NCBI GenBank assembly: GCA_037130845.1
Contig: JBAXSE010000013.1
Span: forward strand, 1-38,664
Origin: Candidatus Falkowbacteria bacterium
GTDB taxonomy: Bacteria; Patescibacteriota; Patescibacteriia; Patescibacteriales; Patescibacteriaceae
Reading direction: 5' to 3'
DNA length: 38,664 bases
Within the stretch, counting starts at the first letter, position 1. Each line of letters starts with the position of its first letter. Below, piece after piece: positions 36,265 through 38,664 of the stretch. The notes below the pieces were generated by a model, which was given only the letters and a program-made list of their open reading frames with translations, had not been told where the DNA came from and made no database searches. The translations under genes were made by a program, and so were the position numbers.

Positions 36265-37002
36265 ATGAAATATTTAACCGTTTTTTCGGACAGTCTGGCT
36301 GCACAAGATCTAGCCCGCCAAGTCAAGGAAAAGCATTTGCAGGTAACCGATGATCCGCAACAAGCGGATGCGATTATCGTTGGTGGTGGAGATGGCACTA
36401 TGTTGCACGCAATTCATCAGTATTGGCAATTAAAGGTACCTTTTTTAGGAATTAATTGTGGTTCGGTCGGTTTTTTATTAAACCCTGTCGAAACGGAGAG
36501 GGATCTTTTGTTGTTATTGCATCATTTCCAAGAGGTTAAATTGAACTTAATGGAAGTGCATATAGATGCTGAAAGCGATAGCTTTACCTTGCATGCCTTC
36601 AATGACGTTTATCTAAACGTCAAACCGGGCTCCATTTGTTATGGCACGATTCAAGGCGAGCATTATCCCAGACAAAAATTTCGTGGAGACGGCCTAATAG
36701 TAGCTACCGGCCAAGGTTCAACGGCCTACAATCGTAATGCCGGCGGGTCGATATTACCTTTGCAAAATGACCTGTTGGCTATTACCGGTATTTGTACTTA
36801 TGATACGCTACGCGATGTGGTGTCTCAACAGGATCTGATTATTACTATCACTCGTGGTGAGGTGACGGCCAATGCTGACAATCAGTCGGTAGCCGGTGTC
36901 AGGTCAATCGTTATCCGTCCGGGCTTTAGCACTGTCGCCTTGGGTTTCCGCCCCGACTATAATTTCGAAAGCAAAAGATATTCATTCTATAACCAATTCT
37001 AG
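36265..37002 (+). CDS. nadK: NAD kinase
   Basis: GGDGTML, NDVYLN, DGLIVATGQGSTAYNRNAGGSILP motifs. Confidence 0.85.
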   Translation: MKYLTVFSDSLAAQDLARQVKEKHLQVTDDPQQADAIIVGGGDGTMLHAIHQYWQLKVPFLGINCGSVGFLLNPVETERDLLLLLHHFQEVKLNLMEVHIDAESDSFTLHAFNDVYLNVKPGSICYGTIQGEHYPRQKFRGDGLIVATGQGSTAYNRNAGGSILPLQNDLLAITGICTYDTLRDVVSQQDLIITITRGEVTANADNQSVAGVRSIVIRPGFSTVALGFRPDYNFESKRYSFYNQF

Positions 37003-37012
37003 GAGTGCAGTA

Positions 37013-37954
37013 ATGTATAAATTAACACAGCAACAGTTGGCTGACGTAGCAAAATACGCCAGCTCTAACCTCTACGCCTATTGCGTGAAAAATAATATCC
37101 ACCATCTGGTGGTTGGTTCTTCCGGCGGTTTGGACAGCGCGGTTACGCTTAAACTAGCTCAATTAGCCTGCAACTTAGCCGAAAAAGATGGCTATGAATT
37201 AAAGAGCATCGGCATGGTCTTGCCTTGTTTCTCCAGCCGTAGGTCGATTGATTTGGGTCGGCTAGCTATTAGGTCTGCCGGTGCTGAAGTAATCGAAATC
37301 AATCTGGATAAAGCTTTTAGTGCTTTGATGAATAATGCAGTCGAGGAAGGCATCGGGTGGCAGTTGGATGACATCGAACCTGATGTAACGGCTGCCGACT
37401 GGCGGCAAAGGCGAATCATCGCTCAGGGCAATATCAAAGCTCGTCTGCGTATGATCCATGTCTATCAGGTAGCCGGCTTGCTCAAGGGCATAGTGCTCTC
37501 GACCGATAATCTGAGCGAACTATGGATGGGCTTTTGGACCCTGCATGGGGACGTAGGCGACTACGGCATGATTCAGAATCTGCTCAAAGGCTTGGAGCTC
37601 TATGACTTGGCACGCTACTTGGGCGTACCGAAAGAGATTATCGCGGCTAAGCCGGACGACGGACTAGGCATAGGCAAAGGGGATGAAGATCAGTTGCATG
37701 CGCCTTATGACAAGATTGATGAAGTGATGATTACGTTCTATCAACAGAACGAACCGCATATCATAAACAGACGACACTCGGCAGTCCTGCCGGCTGTCGA
37801 GGGAGTGAAGCCGGAAGTAGTCTCAGAATTAGTGGCTCGCTACCAAGCGACCAATTATAAGCGTTGGGGGACGGTCAATCTGACCCGCAGCGACTTGCAT
37901 CTGCCGCCAATCAACAATATCAATCTGCGAGGCGACAGTGAAAACCAAGCTTGA
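37013..37954 (+). CDS. nadE: NH3-dependent NAD+ synthetase
   Basis: PP-loop VVGSSGGLDSAV; ATG 37013 after AGGAG (ORF frame opens 36896 overlapping nadK). Confidence 0.85.
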   Translation: MYKLTQQQLADVAKYASSNLYAYCVKNNIHHLVVGSSGGLDSAVTLKLAQLACNLAEKDGYELKSIGMVLPCFSSRRSIDLGRLAIRSAGAEVIEINLDKAFSALMNNAVEEGIGWQLDDIEPDVTAADWRQRRIIAQGNIKARLRMIHVYQVAGLLKGIVLSTDNLSELWMGFWTLHGDVGDYGMIQNLLKGLELYDLARYLGVPKEIIAAKPDDGLGIGKGDEDQLHAPYDKIDEVMITFYQQNEPHIINRRHSAVLPAVEGVKPEVVSELVARYQATNYKRWGTVNLTRSDLHLPPINNINLRGDSENQA

Positions 37955-38579
37955 TTTCATCCAAGGCTTCAAGGCCTTAACCGAACTGGCATTGGCCGCT
38001 GCCAAGCCGGTAGTAGTATTAATTGCCGGAGCCAGTGGTTCCGGCAAGAGTCATCTGGCTAAGCTGTTGTCCGCCAAGCTGCTGCAATGCGGCATTTTGA
38101 CTACCGTTATTGGACAGGATGATTATTTCCGCGATTGTTTCGATCCCGATTTGCCGCTCGATAGCCAAGGACGGGGAATCTTCGATCTGCCGGCTTCCTA
38201 TCTCGATTTGGAACTGGCTAGCGACATCCGCATGTTGCTTAGCGGCTTTACGGTCCAGGGTCCGCTTTATGACAAGAAAGTCAATCTGCGGTCGCTAACC
38301 AAGAAAACGCTGGAAGCTGCGCCTGTGGTTATTGTGGAAGGTCTCTATGCCATTTTGGCGTTGGCTGATAATGATGATATGCCTATCATCAAGATTTATG
38401 TGGAGGCCGACTCGGATATTTGTTTGCGGTCGCGAATTAGGCGTGATACCGTGGCTTTTGGCATCAGCGCCGAAAAGGTAGAGAAATTCTACAACGAACG
38501 GGTATTGCCTTATGCCAAGGAGGCCTTGACCGACCAGGCCAAGCTGGCTGACTTGATTATCGTTAATGATCACCTATAA
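37938..38579 (+). CDS. uridine kinase/phosphoribulokinase-family P-loop kinase (candidate nicotinamide-riboside or uridine kinase)
   Basis: Walker A IAGASGSGKSHLA; Udk-type blocks VIGQDDYF, PLYD, VIVEGLYA, IKIYVEADSDICLRSRIRRD; GTG start overlapping nadE by 17 nt. Confidence 0.7.
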   Translation: MKTKLDFIQGFKALTELALAAAKPVVVLIAGASGSGKSHLAKLLSAKLLQCGILTTVIGQDDYFRDCFDPDLPLDSQGRGIFDLPASYLDLELASDIRMLLSGFTVQGPLYDKKVNLRSLTKKTLEAAPVVIVEGLYAILALADNDDMPIIKIYVEADSDICLRSRIRRDTVAFGISAEKVEKFYNERVLPYAKEALTDQAKLADLIIVNDHL

Positions 38580-38586
38580 ATTATAG

Positions 38587-38620
38587 TCTGCCCATGTAAA
38601 ATGGGCAGATTTTTTATTAA
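38587..38620 (+). terminator. rho-independent terminator
   Basis: TCTGCCCAT-gtaaa-ATGGGCAGA + TTTTTTATT. Confidence 0.75.
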
Positions 38621-38625
38621 AGGAA

Positions 38626-38650
38626 AAACCGCCGGCTTTAGCCGGCGTGT
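38626..38650. terminator. second hairpin AAAACCGCCGGC-ttta-GCCGGCG, possibly terminating a downstream minus-strand gene
   Basis: palindrome with 5' A-run. Confidence 0.35.
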
Positions 38651-38664
38651 GCGTTTGATGGCGT

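Noticed and set aside
1-38664. CRISPR arrays, rRNA genes, transposase/integrase genes, prophage blocks
   Set aside because: Searched by eye for regularly spaced direct repeats, rRNA-like conserved stretches and DDE/tyrosine-recombinase motifs in all listed ORFs; none found.

Overview
The window is a 38.7 kb, moderately AT-rich bacterial chromosomal region. It is densely coded, with mostly short intergenic spacers and almost every gene on the + strand. Many genes carry near-consensus sigma70-type promoters (TTGACA-17-TATAAT) and clear rho-independent terminator hairpins. The gene mix suggests a small-genome, possibly monoderm or Patescibacteria/CPR-like organism: a type IV pilin with a LamG domain, LysM/NlpC-P60 and CHAP cell-wall hydrolases, a flotillin-like protein, and a compact NAD salvage cluster. 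I cannot prove the taxonomic placement from sequence alone. Recognisable genes include: a cytoplasmic PAS hybrid histidine kinase; a short-form malic enzyme; a LamG-pilin; hisS; a MIO-type (HAL/PAL) ammonia-lyase; a GNAT acetyltransferase; tRNA-His(GTG); an AstE/AspA-family deacylase; two secreted peptidoglycan hydrolases; a radical SAM (AmrS/PflA-like) enzyme; two NUDIX hydrolases; a DEAD-box helicase; an ABC-F ATPase; a flotillin/SPFH protein; and pncA-pncB-nadK-nadE plus a Udk-family kinase. The standout is an 878-aa ORF at 24070..26706. It is a fused, catalytically dead paralog of the RNA polymerase beta C-terminus plus beta-prime N-terminus, i.e. a free-standing RNAP clamp/zinc-finger module. 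The two catalytic signatures (beta GRHGNKGV and beta-prime NADFDGD) are both replaced, while the four Zn-ligand cysteines are kept. It has its own promoter and terminators. Other notable observations: a multi-zinc-ribbon protein built from 3 tandem 249-nt repeats; a tRNA-His with A73 and no encoded G-1, lying 2.5 kb downstream of hisS; a flotillin with 4 tandem N-terminal repeats; and a MITE-like inverted-repeat element upstream of a long leader.
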